Of a stretch of DNA of 64,000 nucleotides, positions 24,182 to 36,519 are shown piece after piece. The first letter of the stretch is position 1; each line of letters starts with the position of its first letter. The position numbers and the translations under genes are program-made. This stretch comes from Camelus dromedarius (taxonomy: Eukaryota). The notes below the pieces were generated by a model. It ran no database searches. It had not been told where the DNA came from and saw only the letters and a list, made by a program, of their open reading frames with translations. The stretch is from the NCBI RefSeq assembly GCF_036321535.1, contig NC_087439.1:18848001-18912000 (forward strand), in the 5' to 3' direction.

Positions 24182-24702
24182 CTTGACCTGGCAGACCTCA
24201 TGGGGCAACACTGCCCTCCCCACACCAGCCAGTGCACGGTCGGCCCAGAAGGGAGTTGCAGTCAAGGACTAGGCCCCATGGCCAGCCTGCTCTGATGCAT
24301 ATCTACTTTCCTGGCCCAGGCACCTCCATCAGAGGCCTCTTTACTCGGGGTGTGGGAGGGCCTCGGTTGGAACCTTCTTGTGGGGGAAGTGGGCAGAAAC
24401 GTGAAGACACTTTTTCCCACTCTGACTCAGTGCTCAGCCTCCTCTCCTCCTAGGTATCCCCACCCGCCTCAACCCAGATCTGTAGAGAGGCAGGAGCCTG
24501 TTGTTTGGGGCTCCTTATCAGTGAGACAACTCCCCCCTCAGTGCTGATACATCTGACCCTCCCCCGGTGCTGTTTCATGGGGAAAAACGGAACACTATTG
24601 GGGCTGGTGCTCTAGTCCCTTCCTTCAGCTGTGGCAGTAAAGGAAATAAAGCTTACTTGTTACGGTCATTTTGCCATGTTGTCTTAATCGACTACTTTGA
24701 CA
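24182..24702 (+). mobile_element. ERVL LTR (MER74A-like)
   Basis: 'gaagggagttgcagtcaaggact...gatgcatatctactttcctgg'; AATAAA at 24645-24650; ends 'tttgaca'. Confidence 0.65.
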
Positions 24703-25104
24703 CTTGGCAGATCAGCTCAGCTCTTGATAAACAGTCTACTTGAAATGGAGCCAAAATAGGGGAAAAAGAGCTGAGAGGCAGAGAGGGGGTGCCTGGGTCT
24801 CTGTAGTATCATCTGAGCTCCCCTAAATCTAGCTGTGCTGAAGCCAGCGGGATGCTTGTTGGACCTTTTAGTTATTGAGCAAAAGCCAATTAGATATGTT
24901 TTTGTGTCACTGAGTCCTGAGTCAGGTACATCCTTTCAGTGACACCCCAGTGGGCCTCAGGAATTCCTGCCCCTGGGTTCCTATTCTCTCTTGGACTGGC
25001 CTTCACTGTGGTCCAGGTCACCCGGTAGTATTCTGCATCACATGCCTGCCTCCCTGAGGGACATCTGCTCTTAGAAACCAGGGACTTGACTTTTCTCTTT
25101 CTCT

Positions 25105-25266
25105 CTTTTTTACATTTTTTGTTTTTTTTTAAGGGGGGTGGGGTAATTAGATTTATTTATGTATTTATTTATATATTTATTTATTTTTAATGGAGGTACT
25201 GGGGATTGAACCCAGGACCTGGTTCATTCTAAGCACACACTCTACCACTGAGCTATACCTTCTCTC
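25105..25266 (-). mobile_element. vic-1-type camelid tRNA-Ala-derived SINE
   Basis: Pol III A box TAGCTCAGTGG (25245-25255) and B box GGTTCAATCCC (25202-25212) on the minus strand, then a (TAAA)n tract and A tail. Confidence 0.85.
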
Positions 25267-25358
25267 CCTTTTTCAGGCCACACCTCATATATGCCCTTGC
25301 GCAGACTCAGACAAAAACCTCTTTAGAATGAGGACTTAACAGAATGAAACTGTGGTGG

Positions 25359-25389
<31 letters not shown>

Positions 25390-25501
25390 TTACTCAGGTA
25401 ATTATAAAGAGGAGGAAAACTCTCCTTAATATTTTTAAAATATACATTAAAATATTTTTTTATTCCTTTAAGAAATCAAATCTGTATTAGGGGATAAAAT
25501 C

Positions 25502-26047
25502 TGTATTAGTTATCTTTTGCTGCATAGTAAATTACCCCAAAACTCATCAGCTTAGAATGACAAATGTTTATAGTCTCAGTATCTCAGAGTCTGGAACCAC
25601 GTGCAGCTTAGCTGTAGTCCTCTGGCTCTAGCTCTCTCATGAGGCTATGATCATGGTGTTGCCAAAGCTGCAGGCATCTCGAGGCTCAACTGGGAAAGGG
25701 TCCACTACAAGCCCACTCGTGTGGCTATTTGCAAGCCTCAGGTCCTTCTTGGCTGTTGGCTGGAGAAGTCAGTTCCTTGACATGGGCCTCTTCATAGAGA
25801 TGCTCACAATATGGCAGTGGGCTTCCCCTAGAGTGAATGAGCGAGAGAGAGAGAGAGAGAGAGAGATACAAGATGGCAGTCACTGTCTTTTTATAATTTA
25901 ACCTTAGAAGTGACATCACAACACTTTCCCCATACTCTATTTGTTAGAAACTAAGATCTACCCCACACCCAAAGGGGTAGTTATATAAGGACCTGAGTAT
26001 CAAGGGGCAGGAATAATTTGAAGCTATCTTAGAGGTTGTTTTCCACA
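25502..26047 (-). mobile_element. MLT1F-like LTR
   Basis: 'tgtattagttatcttttgctgcatagtaaattaccccaaaac' ... 'ttccaca'; contains (GA)12 at 25843-25866. Confidence 0.82.
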
Positions 26048-28347
26048 GCCTCTGATGATTCATATCCCTCCCACATGCAGAATATACTCCTCCCCTACCA
26101 AAGCCCCTAAAGCCTCATCTCATTACATCAGTTCAAAGTCAAGAATTGCGTCTAAGTCAAGTTCAGGTGTGGATAAGCCTTCTCAAATGTAGCACCTTAA
26201 ACATAGACCTTTGTGATCTATAGACCTGTGGAACTAAAGAGATAAGTGATCTGGCCCTCTTATACGCAACATACAGTTGTGTGTCGGGAATATATTTCCA
26301 TTTAACAAGGTGGAAAGTTGGAGGCACAGGGACTCATTGGTCCATAGAAATTCTGAAAGCCAGACAAGCAATTGTTGGAAGTTCCTTGATCAGATCCCAA
26401 GGCCTGGGATTATTTCTTCATGGTTTATGGCTCTCCTCCCTGGGCTATTGATTCTGTCCTCTTGGTCATCTTTTCTTTTTTATGGAAAGTAGTACTTTTT
26501 GCAGCTGAGCAGCTCTCTTAGCCTGCTTCCTGCCAGTAGAATTCTGGGAATCAAAAAAGTGTATCCTCCTTCTGTTCAATCTCTGTCTCCTGCAGTCCAA
26601 GTTGGTTATGTTTTTAAATATAAGTCTTTTAAGAAACTTGTAGGTCTCCTGTGAATTTCTTTGGGGTTTGCTCCCTTAGACAAAAGCCATACCTATGATT
26701 TTTTTTTTTTTTTTGAGATAAGCCCCTTTTCCTCTCGCTGAGATGGCTGAGGTCCAAAACCCTTAACTTCCTAGGGGCCCTAAGAGTTTGAGAGGATTTG
26801 TGAAGCACACCCTTAATATCTTGTGATATTATAAGAAATATGTGTTTGGTCTTCATCCTCAGCTCCTGGCCAGAGCTCCTTAGGACATTATAATGTCCTA
26901 AGTGATAATAACATTAGGAGCCTCTTTTGTTAATAATATTTGGTTTTTGTTCCTGGCTCCTAAAACAGCTCCAGAGTGCTAAAGGTAAAAGGAGCATCTT
27001 TTATCATAACAAGCCTCTTTCAATCACACCTGAGTTTATGTTAATGAGGCAACTTTTGGAAAGCCCCAAAATATGGGGAGCTGGTTGCCAGGGGAACCAA
27101 CCATATGATTAGAAAATTGGGACTTTCAGCCCCACCCCCTGACCTCCAGGAGCCACTAAAGATGTAATCAACCATGCCTAGGTAATGAAGCCTCCATAAA
27201 AACCCCTAACCAAAGGGGTCCAGAGAGTTTCTGCATTGGTGAATACACCGAGGTACTGTGTGTGGAAGGTGGGTGTGTCAGGAGAGGGTGTGGGAGCTCT
27301 GTGCCTCTTCCCACATACCTTGCCCTATGTGCATCTCTTTCATTTGGCTGTTCCTGAGTTGTGTCCTTTATAATAAATAGGTAATAAATAGTAAGTGAAG
27401 TGCTTTCTTCAGTTCTGTGAGCCATTCTGGCAAATTATCAAACCTGAGGATGGGCTGTGGAAACCTGCCATTTACAGCCCGTTGGTCAGTAGTACAGGTG
27501 ACAATCTGGGACTTGAGATTGGTGTCTGAAGTTGGGGGAGGGGGAACAGTCTTGTGGGACTGAGTCCTTAGCCTGTGGGGTCTGTGCTAACTCCAGGCAG
27601 TTAGTGTCACAATAGAGTTAAATCGTAGGACACCCAGTTGGTGTTCTCCAAGAACTGGAGAATTTCTTGGTGTGGAAAACCCCACACATCTTAGGATTGT
27701 AAGTAGAGGGAGACAAGAGTGTTTCCTTTCCTCTCTAAGGGTTTTTTTTTATAGACTCTGAGGCACCACCATCGATCTTTTGGAGTCTTAACAAAAAGTT
27801 TTACTTTCATACCCTCAGTTTTATCTTTAGACCCTGTTTTCCTAGCAGTGCCTGGATTTGACATTTGCTTGGAAATCATTTCTTAATTTTAGCTTTGTTG
27901 GCTGGCTGGAGAGGCTGAGAAATTCCCAAACCTGTTTTGTTTTGCCTATATTACAGTATTTCCCTCAATTTATTTCTCTCCTCCTGCATTTTACTATGAA
28001 TAGCAACAGGAGACCAGGTGGAACCCGCATCACTTTGGGAACACTCTTTAACTCGATTACCAAGTTCATTAGGCACATTTTTTACTTTCCACATAAATGT
28101 AGGCAGCAGTGTTGCTAAATAGTGAGATTCTTCTTCCTGCAATTTGCAATAACGTGTTTCTCATTTCCTTCTGAGCCCTCACCAGCAGTATCCCCAGAGT
28201 CAAGGTTTCTCCTAACAGTCTACTCAAGACAATTAGGCTTTCTCTAACATACTCCTCAAATCCCTCCCAGCTTCTGTCCACTGTTGGGTTCCAAAGCCAC
28301 TCCCATATGTATGTTACAGAGTCTCCCTACTTCCAGGAACCCAAATC
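26048..28347 (-). mobile_element. MLT1F-like internal region, split by MER21
   Basis: Follows the LTR directly ('gcctctgatgattcatatccctcccacatgcagaatat') and ends at the int/LTR junction 'ttccaggaacccaaatc|tgtatt'. Confidence 0.72.
26822..27690 (+). mobile_element. ERVL LTR (MER21B/C-like)
   Basis: 'tgtgatattataagaaatat', 'ggttgccaggggaaccaaccatatgattag', 'taggacacccagttggtgt...gtggaaaaccccacaca'. Confidence 0.82.
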
Positions 28348-28354
28348 TGTATTT

Positions 28355-29070
28355 ATCCTTTTCTCATTTGACCTCCAGAGGCAATTCTTCTAATGTGTTT
28401 AAAGGAAGTCATTTTGTTTGTGAGGACTTCTTATGAGTGTTTTATGAGTGTCCATTTTTACTTTCCTAAATGGTATTGTTTTATGCATCTTATTCTGTTT
28501 CTCACCTTTTCAACCATCTCCATGCTTTCAAGACTCATCTATGTTGTTCTGTGGACTAGTCAGTTGCTTCCAACAGTGTGTCGTACACCATGGGTTCCAC
28601 CACCTGCCCCCATATTTCACCTGTCCAGTCTCCTAAGCATGGACACCCAGATTACCTCCAGTTTCATGTCATCATCACAAATGATGTGGCCATGTGCATC
28701 CTAATTCATGGCCCCTTATGAGTCTGTGTGAGGATTTCTTTGGGATTTGTGCATACCCAGAACTAGAATAATGATGTATAGCTCACACATATGCTAAATT
28801 TGACCAGGAATTACCAGTCACTCATAGTATAGTTACACTGGTCTTCCTCCCCACAAGCCAAGCAAAAAGAATCCTGTATCCCACCTCTAGGCTGACACTC
28901 AGTATTATCATCCAGTTAAAAACATTTTTTTTAAAAGTCTGTTTGGTATGAAATCACATCTCATTGATATTTTGATCTGCACTTTTCCTGACAACTGGTG
29001 AGTTTGAGCATCTCTTCATAAACTTTTGACTTCGCTCTTCCACAAACTGCCTGCTCATATCCTTGTTTGT
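28355..29070 (-). mobile_element. Old L1 (L1M) 3' fragment
   Basis: 'catctcattgatattttgatctgcacttttcctgacaactggtgagtttgagcatctcttcata' is an antisense L1 ORF2-end motif. Confidence 0.7.
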
Positions 29071-29699
29071 ATATTCTTTAAGGTCAGAGACCAGGTATAA
29101 TTTCTTCTGTGTTCTCCCCTGCTCCCAGCACATTGCTGAACCTGGATTGATGATTGATGAGAAGGTCAATGTGACTGTGTTATTTGAGCTTCTGGAGTTT
29201 GAGGCCCACTCTTCCCCTACAGAGCCTGAGGTGTTTGCCTTCATTCATTCAGAGCACATTTATCAAATGACTACCCCATGCCAAGTCTTCCCAGGCAACT
29301 CTCCCTTCCGGCAAAGCCCAAATGACCCGTCAGTCACTCTGTCAATTGAACAGAAGAATGAAACTGGTCACACGAGTCATCTGCCATCAGACAGACTCTA
29401 GTAACATTTTAAATGCCCTTTTATAGATTCTTACATTCTATGATCCTCTGAGTCTAACTTATTGATGTTTGGTTTTTTCTTTTGTTGTTGGTTTTAACTG
29501 CCATGTGCCTACAGCAAGGCAAGACCCAAGGAATCTTGGCAATGTCTTTGCACATCAATAGGAGAATCAAAACTACCTTTTGTTATGTTTCTCTGCTTGT
29601 GAAGAGCAATCCTGCATCTTAGTGAACTGATTGCTGAAAAATATCCTGGCTTTTACAGTCAAAAAGTAAACTCCTCTCCTTAGTGCAATCTATAAAGAT

Positions 29700-30130
29700 C
29701 ACTAGTCCAATATGACATTTATCTACATTTCCAGACAGGGCAGTGTCCTCAGCCCTGGCCTAACTACTTCCACACCCGCCCACCCCAGGGCAGGGGTAGG
29801 TGCCCAGCTCTGGAAGTCTTGACTGAAACACCTCCACCTCATATTGTAATTATCTGTTTATTTGCTCTTCCTCCTCTAGATTGGGGAAATATTGAGGACA
29901 CAGTTGTTGTCTTATTCATTTCTTTAATTTACTGTACTCTGCAATGCAATGTCACCCAGCAAGTGTTCAATAAATATTTATTGATTGAATGAATGGACAC
30001 ATGAAAAAACATTAATTGAGCACCTACTTGCCACGTGCTATGCCAGATGCTGGGAAATCATGGATGAATAAGACACAGTTTAATTCTATAATAGTGTGGA
30101 ACATGTGCAGAGGAGGGGCACCACATCCTA
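29700..30130. mobile_element. Two L2 3' ends arranged tail-to-tail
   Basis: Plus-strand end 'aagtgttcaataaatatttattgattgaatgaatg' abuts minus-strand 'attgagcacctacttgccacgtgctatgccagatgctggg'. Confidence 0.65.
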
Positions 30131-31375
30131 GGGCGAGGTGAGCTTCAGATAAAGAGGGGATGCCATTTGTAACACTCATCTTTTTCATCTCCAACAGAGG
30201 CCTTCTGACCTTAAATTTTAAATGTGACTTGTATTTTAATCACAAGAAATAGGCTTTCTCTGTGTGTATATGTGTGTGAGAGATGTGGATGTGGACATAG
30301 ATGTTGCTTGTCTGACTGTGCCCACCCTGTCCTAGCCTGGAGTCAGGATAGAGGTGGAAGTCTCTTTGCCCACCATCCAAGGGGGCTTGGACAAATGGGT
30401 GGGACATCTGTGCAGCCATCTGGGACTGTGATGCAGACTAACAAGTGAGTCTCGCAATATTGGACACTTAACCCCCTTGCTACATGATCCAACAAGTGAG
30501 AAAATTTGCATTGGCCCAGGAGGGAGCTTTTCCAGCTCACTTTCACCCCAAATCCATGTCAGTCTTTAACTCTTCTGGTCAAGCCAAAGAGATGTGGGTC
30601 AAGCTCTGTCCAAAGGACTGGGGTTTGAGGGAGACTTAGACAACTAAGTTTTCTATAAGGTCTAGTTATACCTACTCATCAGAAGACATACAAGTCAGAG
30701 CTCTGCAGGGACCTGGTCTCACTTCATATCAGACTCAGCAAGAAGGTTTTTAACAATGACTTTAAATAACCGGTAGGCGTGGGGCACAGTCAGGAGCTAT
30801 GCTAGATTTGGCATTATGTATTCTGTGGAAAAACAAATACCCATTTCTTTGTTCTCATTTTAAAAGTTACTCCTTATAAAACGGTGTCTTTGTGAAGAAT
30901 CATCTAATAGTTGGTATTTGATCAAGCAAGACAAATGTGGGCTCTCTTGAGCAAATCCCTAAAGATTTCCTTCATTTTCATATCTGTGGACTTTGGATGG
31001 TGGAGTCTGATATGAAACAATCTTCAATAACTTCTTTTACATTGATATTCAACAGGGCAGAGTTCTTTTATCTTTATTTGCTCCATGATTTTAGAGCACT
31101 TGCTCAATAATCAGTGTGGGCTTCAGTTAAATATGCAACCTACTCCTTGTCATTCTTTAAAAAAAAGATTATTGGACTAGTTTGCTTGTGTGTAATTGTA
31201 AACTCAATCCTTCATGTATGTAGCCACTTAAAAACCAGGACCTAGTCCATATGAGTTTCCTTTTCTGGGTAGGATTATGTGAGCCTTTCCATCATGAGCC
31301 AAAATAGCCAATAGCAGATGAATTGATGAATGCCACTACTAATAGTAACTGGAGATGTGGGGACAACCAAAAGAG

Positions 31376-31593
31376 CAGGGGTGGGCAAACATTTTCTGTA
31401 AAGGGCCAGGTAGTAAGTATCTTAGGCTTGGTGAGTCATATAGTTTCTGTCATAACTACTCACCTCTGCCTTTGTGGTGCCAACACAGCCGTATACAATG
31501 TGTCCATGAATGTGGCTATACTCCAAAAACTTGATTTACGAAAAACAAGCAATGGGCCAGATTCAGCCTCTAGGCTGTGTTTGCTGATCCCTA
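31376..31593 (+). mobile_element. MER58A hAT-Charlie MITE, full length
   Basis: 'caggggtgggcaaacattttctgtaaagggccaggtagtaagtatcttaggc' ... 'gtttgctgatccct'. Confidence 0.88.
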
Positions 31594-32921
31594 ATCTAGA
31601 ACAAGTGATAGACACAAATAGCTTTAACTATGAAAAATACCCAGCCAACGCCCTTGGCCTTTGAAACCCTCACTTTGAGCTCCTAGCATACAGCACCTGC
31701 TGCCAGTTTTGTTTTTTGAGCTTTACGTTTATAGGTAGAGTGAGGGGTTTGAGTGAGAGTGTTGACAGGTATTTGATGACCGGAAGCTCTATGAGTGGTA
31801 CCCTGTCATCTCATTTTCAAGGGGAAGCCTCTTGTCCTGTCTTAGCTGGGCGACAATAATGAGCTGAAATAGAGAAGGGTCTGGAATGGAAAGCAGGCAC
31901 TTCACTGAGGATCTCCCAGGGGAGTTTGGGTTGGCTAGTTGGGAAGAAAGAAGAGGTATGCTTCCAGGAGTCAGCTAGGAGCTTTATTCTCTAGCAACGC
32001 AGAGATGAGCAAGAAGAGAGACTAATTTCCCCCAAATTCTCCTGGGTACAAGGTTGGTTCTGGTTTAGGAGAGGTCAATATCAGGGCACAGTGTCTAGGT
32101 GTAGAGTCCCAGGTGTATTTCACTGGGTACAGAGGCTCCTGTGATAGCTGTGGGACTCCCTTTGCAGCCGTTGACAGATGTGAACAACCCATTGCCATGT
32201 GGACTCCTTGTAATATTTTAGCATTTGCTGAGGCAGTGATTTCACTGTCTGCATGTGATTTCAGAGGGAATCCCAGTAAGACCTAAAAAGAAAGGCAAGA
32301 AACTGAAGCTCAGGTATCCTTCTCCTGGAAGAGGACAAATAAATGCATTAATGCATGGGGTGAATGTTGCAACCAAGACCCAATTCTAAGACTGGTTAAT
32401 TTCCCCTCCGCCTTGGCTAGATCTGTCATCTTGTTCTTTGCTCTATCTTTTTTTTTTCCCTCACATCTGAGCAAACCCAAGCCATCTTTGAGTTCCTGGT
32501 CCTCGTAGGCTCCCAAGTGAGCAGCATCTGTTAAATAGAGGAGTAGTTCATGCTCAAGATGTTTTTAGAGGGCTGACCCAGCCCTGGTGTGAAGGCCATC
32601 AATTAGGCAGTGGGAGAGGGGAAGGCAGAGGCAGCCGTGAGGTTGATAATTACACACTACAGTACAGTTGACCTCCAAGAGCAGGTGGCGGGAGCAAGTG
32701 AAATTCCAGGCTCTGTCACTCAGGATTCATTTTCCCCCTTGTGTTTAGGCCTGAGGCCATGCTCATTGATCTGGAAGAGACTGTCTACACTGGTTTGTTA
32801 ATAATAAGGACAATAAGAAAGTAATGCATTTAATACAGAGGATAGTTTCCCCTTTTTTAGTTGCTTCAAATTTGACATTACATCTTTAAAACCACTTTTT
32901 CTTCTCTCTCTTTATATGTAC

Positions 32922-32945
32922 GTGTGTGTGTGTGTGTGTGTGTGT
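32922..32945. repeat. (GT)12 microsatellite
   Basis: Counted directly. Confidence 0.95.
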
Positions 32946-35900
32946 ATGCACACACATATATACAAGTATATGTATATGTATATGTGCAACACTGGGACGA
33001 TCAGGATCTAAATCTATAGCACGGGTTCAATACTCACTACTTTCACAGAACTGGCCCTGTGCTGAGGCCTTGGCAGCCCTAAGATTGTCATTTTTTCCTA
33101 GTTGCCTTCTTGTGCAGAGCTCCTGTTATCCTGTTTCCCAGCTCCAGGGAGGAGGGCCCAGAAAAACGGCAGAAGACACCCAAGCCCAGGCAGCAGGCCT
33201 GGTGACCAGCCTGCAGCCTTCCCAGTTCTGCTTTCAGTTTTCCATTTCACTCTGGGCTGTGGTTCATTTCTGTCCCCCTTGTCCCCGGTGACTCTCTTTC
33301 CCTCCTTGCTTTGCTCTTGGCCTTCATTGTGTGTGGGGGTGGGGTGCGTGAGTTGGGCTGGGTGCGCGCAATCTGCCCCGAGCACAAGAGAACTCCTTTT
33401 TCCTTCGCTCTTAAGCCCTGTCAAACACTTCGAATAATAATAGACACCAATGTGCAGTAGACATCCAGGACAGACTGAGGTCTGGGCAGAAGCTGAGATT
33501 ACTTTCCAATTTCATTGAGGTTCATTGAGAACGACATTTTGGAACTTTAAATCCTAGCACTTATGACCCTGAGCATTTTCTTTTTTCTTTTTCATCACTC
33601 TCTTCTTTGAAGACCAAGTTACCTGTTCCTTCAGCTTCAGACTGTTTCAGGTGATAAGAAAAGACAAAATATTGGAAACCCCAGAGGTGCTAATTAACCA
33701 CCCCTTTTGTTGCTGACAACTTGCATTTCTACTTATTGGTTTATAAAAAAGTACACACCTCTTTCTCACAACATGCTGGGGCTGGGGGAGGGCTTTGTCT
33801 GTGCCAAAGTAGCCACAGCAGACTTTAATGAGCAAGCATCAAAAAAAAAACAAAACAAAAAAAACAGGTTAAATTGACTTTTTACAGGGAAACAGGCCAT
33901 TCCTCAAAAACTATTAAAGATTCTGTCATCTAGAATATCCCTATCCTGTTGACTTTATTTACAGATTTCTTGAAAAATACATCATTGTAACATTGATATA
34001 TGGATCCTGTAGCATCCAATTTCTTGAAGGCATCTGTACCTGATAAGGATGCCGGTCATGCGCTCATAAACGCAGGGGCCATATAAATGAGATGATGCTC
34101 CACGGAATATAATCCACACAGATGCTTTCCTAAAATGTGTTCATATCCTTTGGAAATAAGGCAATTTGGCTGTCTACCTTGGCTCTGAATGAAATAATGT
34201 CCTGGGCTGGGGAGGCAGGTAATAAAAGCGACAATTGTGAAGTGTTACTGGCAGTATTTTCATTTTTACTGCAAGCCTGGCATACATTTGTCCTCATTGT
34301 CAGAGTGTTGGGGTTGTTTACATGTGAAAGACAAGGAAACAGGAAAGCTTATTCAGTTCTCTTCGCCAGGGAAAACACCATTTCCTCATCAAGAATCCAA
34401 AACCACATCTTGAACGGGAATGAGGCGTCAGATTTGGAAGGTTCCTTTGGAACTTTGCCCATACCTGCCTTGCAGAGTTTGAAATACCCAGTGATGGTTG
34501 CTATTAGAGCGTGATATAAAAACAATCGTGGCCATGTCTACCCCACTAGGTTTTAGCTGGCTGGGTGTTGAGAAGAGCCATGAGGTCCAGCCTTTGACAG
34601 TCTGGAAAACTTTTACTAACTTTTCTCTTCCTTCAGGGGAAAGAGAAAGTGGGTATAGTAATTTTGGAGGCAGAGTGATGGTTGTTCAACTCATTTGCCT
34701 CAGACAGTGATGTAGGTAGAAAACTTGATTCCGCATCCAGGCCTCTATCTATCCGTGGTCAGTCTTGATTGGCAGGACAAATCTCAAAACAAGGAGGTAC
34801 ATTACTCTTAGACTAGCTCTCACGCGTATTGGATGAGGAGCACGAAGGAACTCATAATCCTTCTTTGTGCTTTGGAGAAATACAGCCCAGGCCTTTCTGC
34901 TGGAGGTATTTATTGGAGGAATGAAGCTGGAAGGGAAACGTGCACCTGTGTGCCCACGTGCCTGATTCCGGGCGCACACATATACGCGCACACACACACA
35001 CACACCTCAAAACAAATCTAAAATGCAAGAAGGGAACTTCAGAGGTGGGAACAGGGACAGAAGTCCCAGCTCAGAGCTTGCAAATTCTCAGCCACCAAAC
35101 AGCAACCCTCTGTGTGCCCTGTCCTCATTTATGAATGGCCAACAAAGCAACTGCAGGTGATCTGGGCTGATGCCGCGGAGGCCTCTCAGATGGCTGGGCC
35201 CCTGCAAACTTATTCACCGCCTCATTAAAGCAATTTCAAAATCAATTCGGGATTTGACAAGCCGTCAGTACATTGTTGCTTCTCCGTGATGGGAGTGACA
35301 TGTTAACAGCAATTAGACCTTTGCACGTGTGCATTGGAGCCTGTTCAGCGTATTCTTTATTAGAAGAGCCTAAAAAGCGTTATTATAATCATCTAACCTG
35401 GGGTCATGGACACATGCTCTGTGGTCTCTGCCTCCGTCAGCAGACCCCTCAGTGAAATTTTGCCTATTGTCCATAGAGATTAAAAGGAAGTGCTTACCCC
35501 AGATGCGATATTGGAAAATCAAAGGTCAGAGCGAAGCTGGTGGTAACCTCCATGTTTTTTAATACAAGTTGTAGGAGCAATCCGATTAGCATGAACAGAT
35601 ACTGCTCCTTCTAACAGATGGAGCAGGATTCTTATTCAAATGAGGAAGGACAGGCTATAGTCATTTGGTGGCGATATTCTAGGGATAGGAGCCAGGATGC
35701 TGTTATCCCACGTGGGATTGGTCAGCACTCAGACAGTGAGGACAGCAAAGCCTGGATTCCAGTTAAGCAGAAGCATATCAGTCTTTCATCTCGTGGAAAA
35801 CCAGTTCCTTCTCTAATAAAACCAGCTGATCTGTTTGGAATGTTCTCCTTTGCAGCCAGCTCTATTGGTCAATTAAAATCATCAGTGGGAGTTGCTGTCC

Positions 35901-36122
35901 TCTCTGCTTTGGGTGCCCAGCAGAATCTACTGAAAAAGAGTAGTGTATCCTGATTTTCCAGCCAAATGAGATCTAAATAGGTCTCAGATTTCACTGGACC
36001 CCATTTATTTCTGGGGAGGGAGGAATCCCACAAGAAAGTGTGCACATAATTCCCCTCTTGGTCTTCTCTTCTGATTTCTGCTTTGATGGCTACCAGCTGG
36101 GAGTTGTTTTATGCCTAGTGTC

Positions 36123-36270
36123 CAGTTGGCTCTCTGTATCTGCTGTTGGTTGAATCAGCAGATGCAGAACCCATGGACTTGAAGAGCTGACTGTACCAAA
36201 TTATTTTATATGAGACTTGAGCATCCTTAGATTTTGGTATTCATGAGGGGTCCTGGCACCAATCCCCCAA
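36123..36270. mobile_element. TcMar-Tigger family MITE fragment
   Basis: 'ttggttgaatcagcagatgcagaacccatgga...gacttgagcatccttagattttggtatt...tcctggcaccaatcccc'. Confidence 0.7.
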
Positions 36271-36519
36271 GGCTGCCCCCTGAGCAAAAACTGATCTCCA
36301 CCCAAGGAAGCCACCCTCGCCCCAAGATCCCAAAGTTGCGGAGTCTTCAAAGTTCCAAGTAAATGTTTGCTGACTGACTCACTGAATGGATGAATGTTGA
36401 TTGACTTTATGATAGCCAAATTTATGCAAAGCTATATAACATTTAAAATTCCAAGGCTCATTGATAGAATTTGCTTACAATGACCAGTCTGTTTAAAATT
36501 GCAAATAACCTTCAACTTT

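Larger units (their letters stand above)
23490..24920 (+). mobile_element. MLT1K-like LTR split by younger LTRs (pieces about 23490-23745 and 24720-24920)
   Basis: 'cattggttcagggatggatgcaggacccaag...gagctgctaacagccatctt' resumes as 'gagctgagag...atcatctgagctcc...tctagctgtgctgaagcc'. Confidence 0.6.

Noticed and set aside
25190-25266. tRNA-Ala gene
   Set aside because: Followed by a (TAAA)n and A tail and has a diverged anticodon arm, so it is a SINE head.
25359-25385. T27 tract as a second solo poly(A) insertion
   Set aside because: No flanking direct repeat was found, unlike 45069-45110.
32020-32310. Strong minus-strand acceptor (tttcttgcctttctttttag) followed by an open frame of about 85 codons
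   Set aside because: No convincing donor and no recognisable peptide.
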